Of a stretch of DNA of 64,000 nt, positions 9,303 to 20,193 are shown piece by piece. Position 1 is the stretch's first letter. Each line of letters starts with the position of its first letter. The notes under the pieces are model-generated. The model saw only the letters and a list, made by a program, of their open reading frames with translations, made no database searches and had not been told where the DNA came from. The stretch covers positions 102,183 through 166,182 of the forward strand of contig CAWKPH010000002.1 in assembly GCA_963851445.1 (NCBI GenBank), written 5' to 3'. Origin of the DNA: an uncultured bacterium. Lineage in GTDB: Bacteria; Patescibacteriota; Minisyncoccia; Phycocordibacterales; Phycocordibacteraceae. Made by a program: the position numbers and the translations under genes.

Positions 9303-11231
9303 ATGGCAAAGATTCTTGGCATTGACCTCGGTACCACCAACTCCGCCATGGCTATCATGGAGGGCGGGGAACCACGAGTTCTTGAAAATGCAGAGGGTGC
9401 ACGAACGACTCCTTCTGTTGTTGCAATTGCGAAAAATGGCGAACGCATGGTTGGCACACTTGCGCGTCGTCAATCAGTGACAAACCCCACAAATACTATT
9501 TACGGCATTAAGCGCTTTATGGGCCATCGTTTTAGCGACCCTGCAGTTCAACGGGATAAGGAAGTAGTTCCATATGAGGTAAAAACCGGTTCTGACGGAG
9601 GAGTACTCATACATCTAGGCGATAAGGATTATCGTCCGGAGGAAATTTCCGCGATGATCCTCTCAAAATTAAAGGCGGATGCGGAGGCAAAACTTGGAGA
9701 AAAAATTACTGAAGCCGTTATTACAGTACCGGCATACTTTGATGATGCACAACGGAGTGCAACGAAAGCAGCGGGACAGGTAGCAGGACTCGACGTTAAA
9801 CGCATTATCAACGAACCAACTGCAGCAGCACTTGCGTATGGATTTAATAAGAAAAAAGACGAAAAAATAGCGGTATTTGATTTTGGGGGGGGCACATTTG
9901 ATGTATCGGTGCTTGAGGTGGGAGACGACGTAATCGAGGTAAAGTCTACTGATGGCGATGCTCACATGGGTGGTCGCGATATTGATCAAAAAATTGTTCG
10001 CTACCTAGCCGATGAGTTCAAGAAACAGAGCGGGATAGACGTCACGAAGGATCCACTCGCACTCCAGCGTCTTGATGAGGCGGCAGAAAAAGCGAAGCTT
10101 GAGCTTTCAACCTCGATGGAAACTGAGGTAAATATTCCATTCATCACCATGGGCGCTGATAGCAACCCACAACACCTTCTCTTGAAACTCTCACGCGCAA
10201 CACTTGAATCTCTTTCTGACGAGTTTATTACTCGCTCTCTTGAGATCACAAAAAGAGCCCTTGAGGCAGCTGGAATAAAACCATCTGATATCAACGAACT
10301 CATCATGGTGGGTGGCCAAACCCGCATGCCAAAGATTCAGGAAGAGGTAAAGAAACTCTTCGGAAAGGAACCAAATCTCTCGGTGAACCCAGATGAGGTC
10401 GTAGCAGTTGGAGCAGCCATACAGGCGGGCATTCTCCAGGGGGACGTAAAGGACATATTACTTGTAGATGTTATTCCACTCTCACTTTCTATTGAAACAG
10501 CAGGAGGAGTTGCTACAAAACTCGTTGACCGCAATACAGCCATTCCAACATCACGCTCACAAACGTTCTCAACATATGCCGATAACCAAACATCGGTAGA
10601 GATTCACGTCACGCAGGGTGAACGAGCTATGGCTGCTGACAATAAGTCTCTTGGCAAGTTTATGCTCGACGGCATACCACCAGCACCCCGCGGCCTTCCG
10701 CAAGTTGAAGTTACCTTCGATGTGGATACGAACGGAATTCTGACCGTGAAGGCGAAAGAAAAAACCACAGGTAAGGAGCAATCGATTCGTATTGAGGGCT
10801 CGACTGGACTCTCCTCTGCTGACATCGAGAAGATGAAACAAGATGCAGAGGTTCATGCGGGAGAGGACGCTAAGCGCAAGGAAACGGCAGAAGTGAAAAA
10901 TCTTGCTGAGCAGATGGTATATACCGCCGAGAAGGCAGTTCGGGAAAACGGCGACAAGGTTGATGAAGATACTGTAAAGGATGTAAACGAGAAGATCGCG
11001 GCACTAAAACAGGCTCGTGAGGGGGAGGATGTACAAGCGATTAAATCAACTAGCGAAGCCCTTTCACAATCAATGTCGAAGATCGGGGAAATAATGATGC
11101 AACAGCAGTCACAAGCATCCCCTGAGTCTACACATACTAGCGACGAAAACACCGCTAGCGGGTCATCGCAGGAAGCTGCGCCAACTTCAGACGCCGATTT
11201 TACTGAAAAACCTACAGAAGAGAGTCCCTAG
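9303..11231 (+). CDS. dnaK: Chaperone DnaK (Hsp70)
   Basis: [18 protein letters not shown] and a complete Hsp70 architecture. 644-aa ORF. Confidence 0.95.
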   Translation: MAKILGIDLGTTNSAMAIMEGGEPRVLENAEGARTTPSVVAIAKNGERMVGTLARRQSVTNPTNTIYGIKRFMGHRFSDPAVQRDKEVVPYEVKTGSDGGVLIHLGDKDYRPEEISAMILSKLKADAEAKLGEKITEAVITVPAYFDDAQRSATKAAGQVAGLDVKRIINEPTAAALAYGFNKKKDEKIAVFDFGGGTFDVSVLEVGDDVIEVKSTDGDAHMGGRDIDQKIVRYLADEFKKQSGIDVTKDPLALQRLDEAAEKAKLELSTSMETEVNIPFITMGADSNPQHLLLKLSRATLESLSDEFITRSLEITKRALEAAGIKPSDINELIMVGGQTRMPKIQEEVKKLFGKEPNLSVNPDEVVAVGAAIQAGILQGDVKDILLVDVIPLSLSIETAGGVATKLVDRNTAIPTSRSQTFSTYADNQTSVEIHVTQGERAMAADNKSLGKFMLDGIPPAPRGLPQVEVTFDVDTNGILTVKAKEKTTGKEQSIRIEGSTGLSSADIEKMKQDAEVHAGEDAKRKETAEVKNLAEQMVYTAEKAVRENGDKVDEDTVKDVNEKIAALKQAREGEDVQAIKSTSEALSQSMSKIGEIMMQQQSQASPESTHTSDENTASGSSQEAAPTSDADFTEKPTEESP

Positions 11232-11309
11232 AGACTGTTTCAGAGGCTCCAGGCCTCTCCTTATAGGACGACTTGCTAAGTTAAATCATACATGGTAAAA
11301 AGCTATCGT

Positions 11310-11834
11310 ATGATAAAAACAGCAATAATCCGTTTCGCGTCCTTGTGTGGGGGCTTGGCTCTTGGCGGTACCTTACTTGTAACTCCGGCATTTGCCTCAT
11401 ATCAGTATCAGACCTCGAATTTCTGCTATGGTTCGGGCTGTATGCAGAACCAAGGGTATTATGGTGAGCAGCAGCCAAATTACGACAATTCTAACTATGG
11501 CTACAACGGGTATCAGGAGTACCCATCGTACGGCCAACCATACCAGCTTCCGTATGCCTATAGTTATCAAAATCCAAATGGCTATGGTCAGCAGAACTAC
11601 AACAATTATCCGCAAAACTATCAGTACGGATATCAGCCTTCACAGCAGTATCAATCGTGGTATAGCCCGTGGAATCCGGCATATGAGAATTACACTCCAC
11701 ATGGCTATTCCTATCAGATACCGCCTACGTACTCGTACCAATATCATTACTCCTACTCTTACTCGTATTCCTATTCGTATCCACGATCGAATACGTGGTA
11801 TAGCTATCCAATGAGTTCAGGAGACCGTTGGTAA
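11310..11834 (+). CDS. Secreted Tyr/Gln/Asn-rich low-complexity protein
   Basis: Signal peptide MIKTAIIRFASLCGGLALGGTLLVTPAFA. The mature part is about one-third Tyr (YSYSYSYSYSY, GYQ/NYQ motifs) and is encoded with varied codons. It is inserted between dnaK and dnaJ. Confidence 0.5.
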   Translation: MIKTAIIRFASLCGGLALGGTLLVTPAFASYQYQTSNFCYGSGCMQNQGYYGEQQPNYDNSNYGYNGYQEYPSYGQPYQLPYAYSYQNPNGYGQQNYNNYPQNYQYGYQPSQQYQSWYSPWNPAYENYTPHGYSYQIPPTYSYQYHYSYSYSYSYSYPRSNTWYSYPMSSGDRW

Positions 11835-11862
11835 AAACTCCAAGGCTTGCCAGTTTAAATAG

Positions 11863-11898
11863 AAACCCCGGTCACTAAAGGCCGGGGTTTCTTGTTTT
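11863..11898 (+). terminator. Rho-independent terminator
   Basis: AAACCCCGG-TCACTAAAG-GCCGGGGTTT followed by CTTGTTTT. Confidence 0.6.
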
Positions 11899-11945
11899 AC
11901 AACCTTTTACTACTGACATCGTTTGCGCTATACTAGCCCTTATCT

Positions 11946-13034
11946 ATGGCAAAGAACTACTATGAAATCCTTGGGGTTGATAAAAAAGCAACAAAAGATG
12001 ACGTAAAGAAAGCGTTCCGGAAGCTTGCACAGAAATATCATCCTGATAAAGGGGGCAGTGAGGATAAATTCAAGGAGATAACGGAAGCGTACAGCATCCT
12101 CTCAGACGATAAAAAACGTCGTGAATATGATTCCTATGGACAGACATTCGCCGGTAGCGGGCAGGCTGGAGCCGGGTTTCAAGGTACGGGTGGTTTCGAC
12201 TTCTCGAATTTTCAAGGTTTCAATAACGGTGGCGTTGAGTTTGATATATCTGACCTTTTTGGTGGCTTTGGTGATATTTTCAGTCAGGGACAAGGACGTG
12301 GGAGAATGAAGCGTGGACGCGATATTTCGATGGATATCGAGATATCATTCAAAGATTCAATACTAGGAGTAAAGCGTTCGGTTCTCATCACTAAGGTAGG
12401 AAAATGCGATACCTGTGATGGATCAGGTGCAAAACCAGGCACTGAGATGGAGACCTGTAAAACCTGTAATGGTGCCGGACGCATACACGAAACCCGTGAC
12501 TCGATTCTTGGGGCCTTCTCCAGTGTGCGCTCATGTCCAACCTGTGAAGGCCTGGGGAAAGTTCCGAAGGAGAAATGTGCAACGTGTAGTGGACGAGGTG
12601 TAATTCGTAAAGAAGAGGAAATCAAGATTGGTATTCCTCGTGGCATTGATGATGGTGAGATGATTCGTATGCCCGGTCAGGGAGAGGCGGTTAAGGGCGG
12701 GCTTGCCGGGGATCTTTATATAAAGGTGCACGTGAAGCCCCATGCCTTGTTCCGTAAAGAGGGCGCAAATCTTATCATGAATCTCCCAATCAAACTTACG
12801 GATGCTCTTCTTGGCACAACGGTTTCGGTCACAACTATCGATGACAAAACACTTGAGGTGAAAGTACCGCAGATGACACATACTGAGGAGACACTACGTA
12901 TACGCGGAAAAGGAGTTGAGTATGCTGAGGGTGGTCACGGAGACCTTCTTATTCGCATCACCGCCAGTCTCCCACGAAAACTTTCAAGTAAAGCAAAGAA
13001 AGCAATTGAGGATCTTAAGAGCGAAGGATTATAG
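11946..13034 (+). CDS. dnaJ: Chaperone DnaJ
   Basis: J-domain (YYEILGV...HPDK), a G/F-rich region and four CxxCxGxG zinc-finger repeats. Confidence 0.9.
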   Translation: MAKNYYEILGVDKKATKDDVKKAFRKLAQKYHPDKGGSEDKFKEITEAYSILSDDKKRREYDSYGQTFAGSGQAGAGFQGTGGFDFSNFQGFNNGGVEFDISDLFGGFGDIFSQGQGRGRMKRGRDISMDIEISFKDSILGVKRSVLITKVGKCDTCDGSGAKPGTEMETCKTCNGAGRIHETRDSILGAFSSVRSCPTCEGLGKVPKEKCATCSGRGVIRKEEEIKIGIPRGIDDGEMIRMPGQGEAVKGGLAGDLYIKVHVKPHALFRKEGANLIMNLPIKLTDALLGTTVSVTTIDDKTLEVKVPQMTHTEETLRIRGKGVEYAEGGHGDLLIRITASLPRKLSSKAKKAIEDLKSEGL

Positions 13035-13087
13035 TTTTATACACAGAGCATAATATCTAGGACTTGATAGTGAGTTAAGCTATAGGG

Positions 13088-13462
13088 ATGAACGGACTTG
13101 TTCTCTCGTTATATATCGGCTATGCCCTATATATTGTTTTCCCCTTTAAAAATGCACTCCTGGCAATGGGTGGGACTGATGCGATGCGGACAATTATCGC
13201 AATCGTACTGTATGTTGTCGCGGTAGGTTTCTCTCACTACTTGTTACGGAGTCTCGGTATGCATGCTCGGGGCCGCTCGGGTTTGCCAGCAGTGGTGCTT
13301 GGCGTGCTCGTGGTGGCATTTCTGCTTGCCCTCTGCTACCAACTATTTAATATTACCCAACTCATAATCTTGCCACCACTTGTCGTTGAGGTCTTTGGTC
13401 CATCCATGTATTTCTTCTGGTGGTTTATTGCACCGATTGTCGGCCTTTTCTTCCTCGGATAA
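13088..13462 (+). CDS. Hypothetical small membrane protein
   Basis: 124 aa with about 4 predicted TM helices. No recognisable motif. Confidence 0.35.
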   Translation: MNGLVLSLYIGYALYIVFPFKNALLAMGGTDAMRTIIAIVLYVVAVGFSHYLLRSLGMHARGRSGLPAVVLGVLVVAFLLALCYQLFNITQLIILPPLVVEVFGPSMYFFWWFIAPIVGLFFLG

Positions 13463-13486
13463 TTCTCCTTGTGATAGGGTGAAAGG

Positions 13487-15280
13487 ATGAGTCCTACTGA
13501 TGTAAAAGAGATATATACTCCTACTGAGAAGCGCGAGGCAATTCTGAGGCAATTGAAGCCCTATATGGGGACGTTTATCGTCCTTTCGTTACTAGGAATT
13601 GTCTCCGCAATAGCCAACGGGGCGACCCCCTATATTGTTGGTAAGTTCTTTGACGAACTCATCACGCCCACTTCAATCACGGTTCCCTGGTTTGGGGCTC
13701 AACCTTTTTGGGTAGTACTTCTTTCAGTGTGGCTTGCTGTTCAAATAGTCGCCAATGGTATTAGTTGGTTTATCGATCGCAAAACTCGTTTTCTTACGAC
13801 CGAACTTGAGGCCGGTATTCAGGCTAGGGCCTTCACACAACTTTTAACGCTTCCCATTTCTTTTCATAAACATGCGCGCACTGGTGAAATAACGAATACC
13901 GTGAGTAGAGCAGCGTGGATGCTTTCAAACATGGTTACGAATGTGCTCTCGCTTGCACCACAATTCCTGACGATCATTGTTGGCATCACGATATCGTTTG
14001 CAATTCGACCTTCGCTTGCGTATGTGCTCCTTGCAGGAGTTGCAGTATATCTCGTGGTGTTAGTGCGCGTACTTCCCTCTACCGCAAAATATCAGGAGGA
14101 GGGGTTTACGATTTGGAATCGTGCATATGGCGATGCAGCTGATGCGTATGCTAATTTTCAAACCGTAAAGCAAGCGGGCGCAGAAGAGTTTGAGGGCAAG
14201 CGCATTATGACTGGGTTTTATGACAACGCCGTGCCTATTTGGTATCGCATGGAGCGTGCATGGAGCAACTTAAACTTTTCACAGCGCATTATAGTAATGC
14301 TTACACAAGGGACGATATTTCTATTTTCCGTATTTCTTATACAAGAGAAAGAACTCACTATCGGCGGACTTATCGCCTTTAACGCGTATGCAGGCATGAT
14401 CATTGGCCCCTTTGTTTCTCTCGGCACACAGTGGCAGACCATACAGAATGGTCTTACCGCGGTAGCTCGTGCCGAGCGCATATTTGGTACCGATCCTGAA
14501 ATATATGATCCACCGAACGCTGTAGCACTTGGTGATTTGAAAGGAAATATAAACTTTAAGGACGTGCACTTTACGTATGAAGCGGGGCAGCCCGAAGTTT
14601 TGAAGGGTATTAATTTTTCAGTTAAGGCTGGGGAAGTTGTTGCGTTTGTTGGAGAAACAGGTGCGGGCAAATCTACAACTGCAGAGCTTATTTCTGGTTA
14701 TTACTTTCCGACACATGGGGAAGTAACAATAGACGGTCACAATATTCGAACAATTAGTCTTCGAGAGCTCAGAAGTTATATTGCCATTGTGCCTCAGGAA
14801 ATTGTTCTTTTTAATGGCACCCTCATGGATAACATTCGCTATGGCCGCCCTGATGCAACAGACGAAGAAGTTAAGAATGCCGTACAAAAAGCGCATGCCG
14901 AAACGTTTATTGATAAATTCCCACTGAAATATGAGCAAATTGTGGGTGAACGGGGTGTAAAGCTTTCGGTTGGGCAAAAACAACGCGTTGCAATTGCACG
15001 AGCAATTCTGCGAAACCCGCGGATACTCATTCTCGACGAACCTACGTCTGCACTTGATGCTGAGACCGAGAGTTACATTAGCAAATCACTTGAAGAACTT
15101 ATGTTTGGTCGCACGACATTTATCATTGCACACCGACTTTCGACCGTGCGACAGGCCGACAAAATCATCGTCCTAAAGAATGGTGTTGTGGCAGAAGAAG
15201 GAACACATGATCATTTAATTGAAATTTCGAACGGCCTTTATCGCCATTTATATGACCTAAATGTTGGGTTAAAGAAGTAA
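13487..15280 (+). CDS. ABC transporter, fused permease/ATPase (type I exporter, MsbA-like)
   Basis: Six-TM N-terminal domain, Walker A GETGAGKST, signature LSVGQKQRVAIARA, Walker B ILILDEPTSALD. Confidence 0.85.
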   Translation: MSPTDVKEIYTPTEKREAILRQLKPYMGTFIVLSLLGIVSAIANGATPYIVGKFFDELITPTSITVPWFGAQPFWVVLLSVWLAVQIVANGISWFIDRKTRFLTTELEAGIQARAFTQLLTLPISFHKHARTGEITNTVSRAAWMLSNMVTNVLSLAPQFLTIIVGITISFAIRPSLAYVLLAGVAVYLVVLVRVLPSTAKYQEEGFTIWNRAYGDAADAYANFQTVKQAGAEEFEGKRIMTGFYDNAVPIWYRMERAWSNLNFSQRIIVMLTQGTIFLFSVFLIQEKELTIGGLIAFNAYAGMIIGPFVSLGTQWQTIQNGLTAVARAERIFGTDPEIYDPPNAVALGDLKGNINFKDVHFTYEAGQPEVLKGINFSVKAGEVVAFVGETGAGKSTTAELISGYYFPTHGEVTIDGHNIRTISLRELRSYIAIVPQEIVLFNGTLMDNIRYGRPDATDEEVKNAVQKAHAETFIDKFPLKYEQIVGERGVKLSVGQKQRVAIARAILRNPRILILDEPTSALDAETESYISKSLEELMFGRTTFIIAHRLSTVRQADKIIVLKNGVVAEEGTHDHLIEISNGLYRHLYDLNVGLKK

Positions 15281-15337
15281 GAGGTTATTCTGTATAACCT
15301 CATGGATAATATACGGTAGGCGTGTTATATTCATCGC

Positions 15338-16399
15338 GTGACCAATCTTGAGAAGTTACCAGAGTTTGACGGCCACGAAATGGTACTCCGGATCCAGGAT
15401 AAGGCCACAGGTCTTCAGGGCTTTATTGCTGTGCATAATACTAATCTCGGACCTGCAGTGGGGGGTACCAGATACTGGTACTACAAAAATGAGGAAGAAG
15501 CGCTTCGCGATGCACTTCGTCTTTCGAGGGCAATGACCTATAAGTGCGCACTTGCCAAAGTTCCATACGGGGGAGGAAAGGCTGTACTTATGGCTCCCAA
15601 AGATCCTAAAGCGAGGGCGAAATTAAAGAGTGACTCATATCTCGTTGCCTACGCAAACCGTCTTTCGCTTCTTGATGGTCATTTTTTCACAGGTGAAGAT
15701 GTCGGGATCACCGAGCACGATATAGAGGTACTTGCGCGCAACTCAACAAGCATTATCGGGCGTCCGTCTATAGGAGGGCTTCCATCGCCACTTGCTGCGC
15801 AAAGTGTTTTTGAATCAATGCGTGCTGCGCTTCGTGTCGCCTATGACACTGAGTCATTTGAAGGCCGAAAGGTGGCTGTAAAAGGCCTTGGCAACGTAGG
15901 ATTCGATCTTGTAAAACTTCTTACAAAAGCAGGGGCCGCCGTTGTAGGAGCTGACGTAAACGAAGATCGCGTACGACTTGCTCAAAAACAATTTCCTGAT
16001 TTGAAAATAGTTTCACCTGCAGTCATTCATAAGCAAGTAGTGGATATTTATTCTCCCTGTGCCATGGGCAGTGACTTGACTTCACTGTGTATACAACAAC
16101 TTGCATGCAAAATTGTGTGTGGGTCGGCAAATAATCAACTCGCAACGCCTGCCGATAGTAATCGGCTCCTTAGACGCGGCATCGTGTATGTGCCTGATTA
16201 CGTTGCAAATGCAGGGGGGTTGATAACGGTAGTCGACGAACTTCATGCAGGAGGCTATGATCGGCGCAGAGTGCAAAGAAATGTTGGACAAGTAAAAGAA
16301 ACTGTCGCACATATTCTTATTGAGGCTAGGGAGAAAGGACTACCCACTGGGCAGGTCGCTGACTCTCTTGCGGAAAAACGTTTTCGAATCAAACGATAA
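15338..16399 (+). CDS. Leucine/phenylalanine-type amino-acid dehydrogenase (Glu/Leu/Phe/Val DH family)
   Basis: Catalytic Lys motif PYGGGKAV and Rossmann fold GLGNVG. Overall collinear with LeuDH. Starts with GTG. Confidence 0.8.
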   Translation: MTNLEKLPEFDGHEMVLRIQDKATGLQGFIAVHNTNLGPAVGGTRYWYYKNEEEALRDALRLSRAMTYKCALAKVPYGGGKAVLMAPKDPKARAKLKSDSYLVAYANRLSLLDGHFFTGEDVGITEHDIEVLARNSTSIIGRPSIGGLPSPLAAQSVFESMRAALRVAYDTESFEGRKVAVKGLGNVGFDLVKLLTKAGAAVVGADVNEDRVRLAQKQFPDLKIVSPAVIHKQVVDIYSPCAMGSDLTSLCIQQLACKIVCGSANNQLATPADSNRLLRRGIVYVPDYVANAGGLITVVDELHAGGYDRRRVQRNVGQVKETVAHILIEAREKGLPTGQVADSLAEKRFRIKR

Positions 16400-16401
16400 G
16401 T

Positions 16402-17919
16402 ATGAATTCAAATAAACTACTTTCCTCTTCCGCTGCAGCTGAAAGGGCGATACGTGTAAGCCAAAAGGCTGCGTCGTCTACTTACATGCGTAGACGAGAA
16501 AAAAATGCGCTCACACTGTTTCGAGACACAGTAAAAAGAGTTCCAGCCTACAGGACATTTCTTAAAGAGCATGATATTGATCCGGTTTCTATAAAAACAT
16601 GGACTGATTTCCAGAAAATTCCCTCTACGAACAAAGATACCTATTTGCGCAAATATCCGCTGGCCGAGCTCTGCTGGGACGGCACACTTGCGCGCTCGGG
16701 AGTATTTTCAGCAACGTCTGGCTCAACAGGAAAGCCTTTTTATTTTCAGAGATCTCAAAATCTTGAAGAGGAGTATTCAGAGATTGTGGAAATGTTTCTT
16801 TCGCAAGGTGCACATCCGCCAAGCACCAAATGTCCCACACTTGTAATTATCGGTTTTGGAATGGGAGTATGGATAGGAGGAATGCTGACCTATCGTGCAT
16901 ACGAAATCGCAAGCAGCCGTGGGTACCCCATGTCAATCATACCCGCAGGTGTAAATAAGGACGAAATACTTGGCGCACTTCGCGAACTTGCTCCTCAATT
17001 CAAGCAAACAATACTTATTGGGTATCCTCCATTTGTGAAAGATATACTGGATGAAGCAGAGCTTTCCGGCATCGATCTTAAGTCACTTAACTTGCGGCTC
17101 CAGTTTGCAGCAGAGTCATTTACGGAGCAATTTCGGGATTATCTTGGAAAGAAAGCCGAGATTTCAAACGTAGTACGCGATACCCTCAATATATATGGAA
17201 CTGCAGATATAGGCGCCATGGCTTTTGAAACCCCAACAGCTATTCTCATTCGTCGGCTAGCTATGAAAAATGAGAAGATATTTACTAGGCTATTTGGGGA
17301 CGCCAAAAAGACTCCTACACTCACGCAGTACAACCCAGCATTTATGACCTTCGAGGCAACTGATGAAGGCGAGATACTCTTAACAGGAAATAGTGCTATA
17401 CCTCTCATTCGATATGCAATAGGCGATCATGGAGGTGTACACTCTTTTGATCACATCAATACGATTTTGAAAGAAGAAAGCATCGACCTTGAGAAGGAAG
17501 CAAAAAAGCATGAGGTGCAGCTTTGTCAGCTACCATTCGTGTATGTCTATGCGCGTGTCGATCTCTCAACGAAATTATATGGCGCAATCGTCTATCCTGA
17601 ACATGCGCGTGAGGCACTCGAAGACGACGAGCTTTTAAAAAGTATCACTGGCAAATTCACGATGCAAACGCTCACCGATAAGGATCACAATCAGTTTCTT
17701 GAAATAAATCTTGAACTTCGTCCCGATGGTGTCCAATCAGCGAAACTTGAACGGCTTATTCAGGATAAAATACTGCAAAACCTCCTTCAAAAGAATAGCG
17801 AGTACCACAATAATTACAAATCGATGGGTGAGCGAGTACTGCCGCGTATTGTTCTCTGGCCCCATGCGGATGCAACCTATTTCAAACCAGGTATAAAGCA
17901 GCAGTGGGTTAAGAAGTAG
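16402..17919 (+). CDS. PaaK-like adenylate-forming enzyme (phenylacetate-CoA ligase / F390 synthetase family)
   Basis: AMP-binding P-loop SGSTGKPFYF. Length and motif spacing fit the PaaK/CapK/LuxE group. Confidence 0.6.
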   Translation: MNSNKLLSSSAAAERAIRVSQKAASSTYMRRREKNALTLFRDTVKRVPAYRTFLKEHDIDPVSIKTWTDFQKIPSTNKDTYLRKYPLAELCWDGTLARSGVFSATSGSTGKPFYFQRSQNLEEEYSEIVEMFLSQGAHPPSTKCPTLVIIGFGMGVWIGGMLTYRAYEIASSRGYPMSIIPAGVNKDEILGALRELAPQFKQTILIGYPPFVKDILDEAELSGIDLKSLNLRLQFAAESFTEQFRDYLGKKAEISNVVRDTLNIYGTADIGAMAFETPTAILIRRLAMKNEKIFTRLFGDAKKTPTLTQYNPAFMTFEATDEGEILLTGNSAIPLIRYAIGDHGGVHSFDHINTILKEESIDLEKEAKKHEVQLCQLPFVYVYARVDLSTKLYGAIVYPEHAREALEDDELLKSITGKFTMQTLTDKDHNQFLEINLELRPDGVQSAKLERLIQDKILQNLLQKNSEYHNNYKSMGERVLPRIVLWPHADATYFKPGIKQQWVKK

Positions 17920-17941
17920 TTCCATAGGATATACTGTACCC

Positions 17942-19126
17942 ATGACTGATATTAAGGAATATTTAGAGCATGCAGCCCTGAAGAAACAGCCTATCAAGCC
18001 AACTTTTTTTGATCTTTCAAAAGAATCTGATCAGAAGCAAGTACGAGAATTATTTGAGAAAGGCGAGATACAACACGTTACCAATGATTTTGAGGAGGAA
18101 TTACGAGAGCTGTACGCTATAAAAAATCCAACCAAAGTATATACCCCCGAGTTTACGACCCTCTTTGATGCGCACAGGAAAGAGCTTCAAACTAGTCTTC
18201 CCGAATGGCAACAAGGCCTTTGGGTATATTACCCTTGGCGATCTCTCCTAGCTCATATTCTCCCTGAGGAGGATTTTTACCTTGTACGTACGGCAAGAAA
18301 TAAAAATCTTATTACCGCTGGGGAACAGAGTAAATTCTACAACGCAACGGTAGGTATAGGAGGACTGAGCGTTGGCTCAAGCATTGCCTATGCACTTACC
18401 CTTCAGGGAGGTCCTAAGCGCATTAGACTTGCTGATATGGACCATCTTGCACTCTCAAACACAAATCGTGTCCTTGCTGGAGTTGATAGTCTTGGCGTGT
18501 TGAAAGTCGATATGGCTGCCAGACGAATTTACGAAGTGAACCCCTATGCTGAAGTTGAAATATTTCCTGAGGGGCTTACACCCGAGAATATAGGGACCTT
18601 TGCAGATGGGTTGGATATCCTCATTGATGAACTCGACAATATAGCAGTCAAATATCTCATACGCGTTGAGGCGAAAAAACGCTCAATTCCAGTGGTTATG
18701 GGTGCAGACAATGGCGATAATGCCGTTATTGATGTAGAGCGCTATGACCTTGATCCCGAAACAAAATTCTTTCACGGACGCTTGGGTGACGTCACTTACG
18801 AAGAACTGAGTAATCTCGACAAGTTTGGCATCGGCAAAACAATCACTAAGCATATAGGACCTGAAAATATTACTATTCGTATGCAGGAATCCTTGCTCGA
18901 AATGGGTAAGACGATTGTTTCATGGCCACAGCTTGGTGGCGCAGCGCTCGTCAATGGCGCAGCTGTGGCATACTGTGTTCGAAGGATTCTGAACGGTCAG
19001 GATGTGGTATCTAATCGAGAGCTTGTTTCGCTCGATGAAAAACTTGACCCCACCTACAACACTCCAGAAGAAGTTACCAAGCGTACAACGGCATCCGCTG
19101 CTTTTGCGAAAATGTTTGGTTTATAA
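17942..19126 (+). CDS. ThiF/MoeB/HesA (E1-like) family protein with ~130-aa N-terminal extension
   Basis: Rossmann ATVGIGGLSVGS and E1 adenylation motif DMDHLALSNTNR. No obvious catalytic Cys. The N-terminal extra domain is reminiscent of peptide-clamp domains of MccB/PaaA-type enzymes. Confidence 0.65.
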   Translation: MTDIKEYLEHAALKKQPIKPTFFDLSKESDQKQVRELFEKGEIQHVTNDFEEELRELYAIKNPTKVYTPEFTTLFDAHRKELQTSLPEWQQGLWVYYPWRSLLAHILPEEDFYLVRTARNKNLITAGEQSKFYNATVGIGGLSVGSSIAYALTLQGGPKRIRLADMDHLALSNTNRVLAGVDSLGVLKVDMAARRIYEVNPYAEVEIFPEGLTPENIGTFADGLDILIDELDNIAVKYLIRVEAKKRSIPVVMGADNGDNAVIDVERYDLDPETKFFHGRLGDVTYEELSNLDKFGIGKTITKHIGPENITIRMQESLLEMGKTIVSWPQLGGAALVNGAAVAYCVRRILNGQDVVSNRELVSLDEKLDPTYNTPEEVTKRTTASAAFAKMFGL

Positions 19127-19134
19127 TCAATACT

Positions 19135-20193
19135 ATGGATCCAGATATTCGCACCATCTTGGAGGCTGCCATTCAAGCCCCCTCAGGAGAGAATGTGCAA
19201 CCATGGCGATTCCGTGTCAACGGTAAAACTATCGAGTTACATCATGCTTCGGTTGATAGCGAGATCTATGATTGGGAGAGCCGAGTCTCTCTCATTGCGC
19301 ATGGAGCCGCTCTTGAAAACATGGTTCTTAGTGCCTCTGCTCTTGGTTACGAAACGAATGTAATTCTATTCCCAGATTCCGCTCGACCTACCTACATAGC
19401 ATCTCTGGCGCTTGGCGAGAAAAAACAGCCTGTGGAGAATGTTTTAGTAGAGGCAATTCCAAAGCGCGTCACAAACCGTAACTCTTATGAAGTTAAGCCT
19501 CTTGAGGAGACTGCAAGCAATAAACTCCAAGAAATCTCAGACGGGTCAAAAACGATTCGTTATCTGCGCGTTACCGAACGTGAAAAAATCCAGAAACTCG
19601 CAAGGGTTGGCAGCACGAATGAAGAAGTGATGTTGCAAAATAGAGTATTGCACGATTTCTTCTTTGATCATGTTACATGGACAAAAGAGGAAGACGAGCA
19701 AAAGAGAGTCGGCTTTTATATTAAAGCACTTGGCCTTCCACCTCCTGTGCAGGTCATGTTTAAATTATTTAAAAATTGGTCTGTGATGAACGTACTGAAA
19801 AAAGCAGGGTTTCCGGCTCAAGTGGGCAAGCAGAACGCTGCTACGTACAATTCCACTTCTGAAATGGGGATACTGAGTATTAGAGAGAATGCTCCCAAAA
19901 ATTATGTCGAGGCAGGAAGATTACTCCAAAGAATATGGCTCCAGACGACTGTAAACAACGTGGCCATGCAGCCAATCGCGGGAACCTTGTACATGGGTTT
20001 TTATCTTGCGGCACACCCGGGCTCAACAGAGGTTTTTTCGATACATGAGCGTTCTCTTGTAGAGAATGCGGTTAAGATGGCACGGGAAGTTGTTGGGGAT
20101 GGAAGTATTCCAGTGTTCATGTTTCGCCTTGGGTATGGAAAGCCACCTGAGGCACGATCAACGCGATTTCCGCTAGAGTATTTCCTCCTATGA
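19135..20193 (+). CDS. Two-lobed nitroreductase-family protein (SagB/McbC-like or Acg-like)
   Basis: N-terminal lobe QPWRFRV, C-terminal lobe ending RSTRFP. About 350 aa with duplicated nitroreductase halves. Confidence 0.6.
   Translation: MDPDIRTILEAAIQAPSGENVQPWRFRVNGKTIELHHASVDSEIYDWESRVSLIAHGAALENMVLSASALGYETNVILFPDSARPTYIASLALGEKKQPVENVLVEAIPKRVTNRNSYEVKPLEETASNKLQEISDGSKTIRYLRVTEREKIQKLARVGSTNEEVMLQNRVLHDFFFDHVTWTKEEDEQKRVGFYIKALGLPPPVQVMFKLFKNWSVMNVLKKAGFPAQVGKQNAATYNSTSEMGILSIRENAPKNYVEAGRLLQRIWLQTTVNNVAMQPIAGTLYMGFYLAAHPGSTEVFSIHERSLVENAVKMAREVVGDGSIPVFMFRLGYGKPPEARSTRFPLEYFLL

Noticed and set aside
9629-11152. Multiple - strand ORFs inside dnaK
   Set aside because: Antisense to DnaK. 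Low-complexity Ser/Ala-rich translations.
11392-11814. Alternative-frame ORFs within the Tyr-rich gene
   Set aside because: Products of the repetitive TAT/TAC-rich coding sequence read in other frames. The signal-peptide frame is the coherent one.
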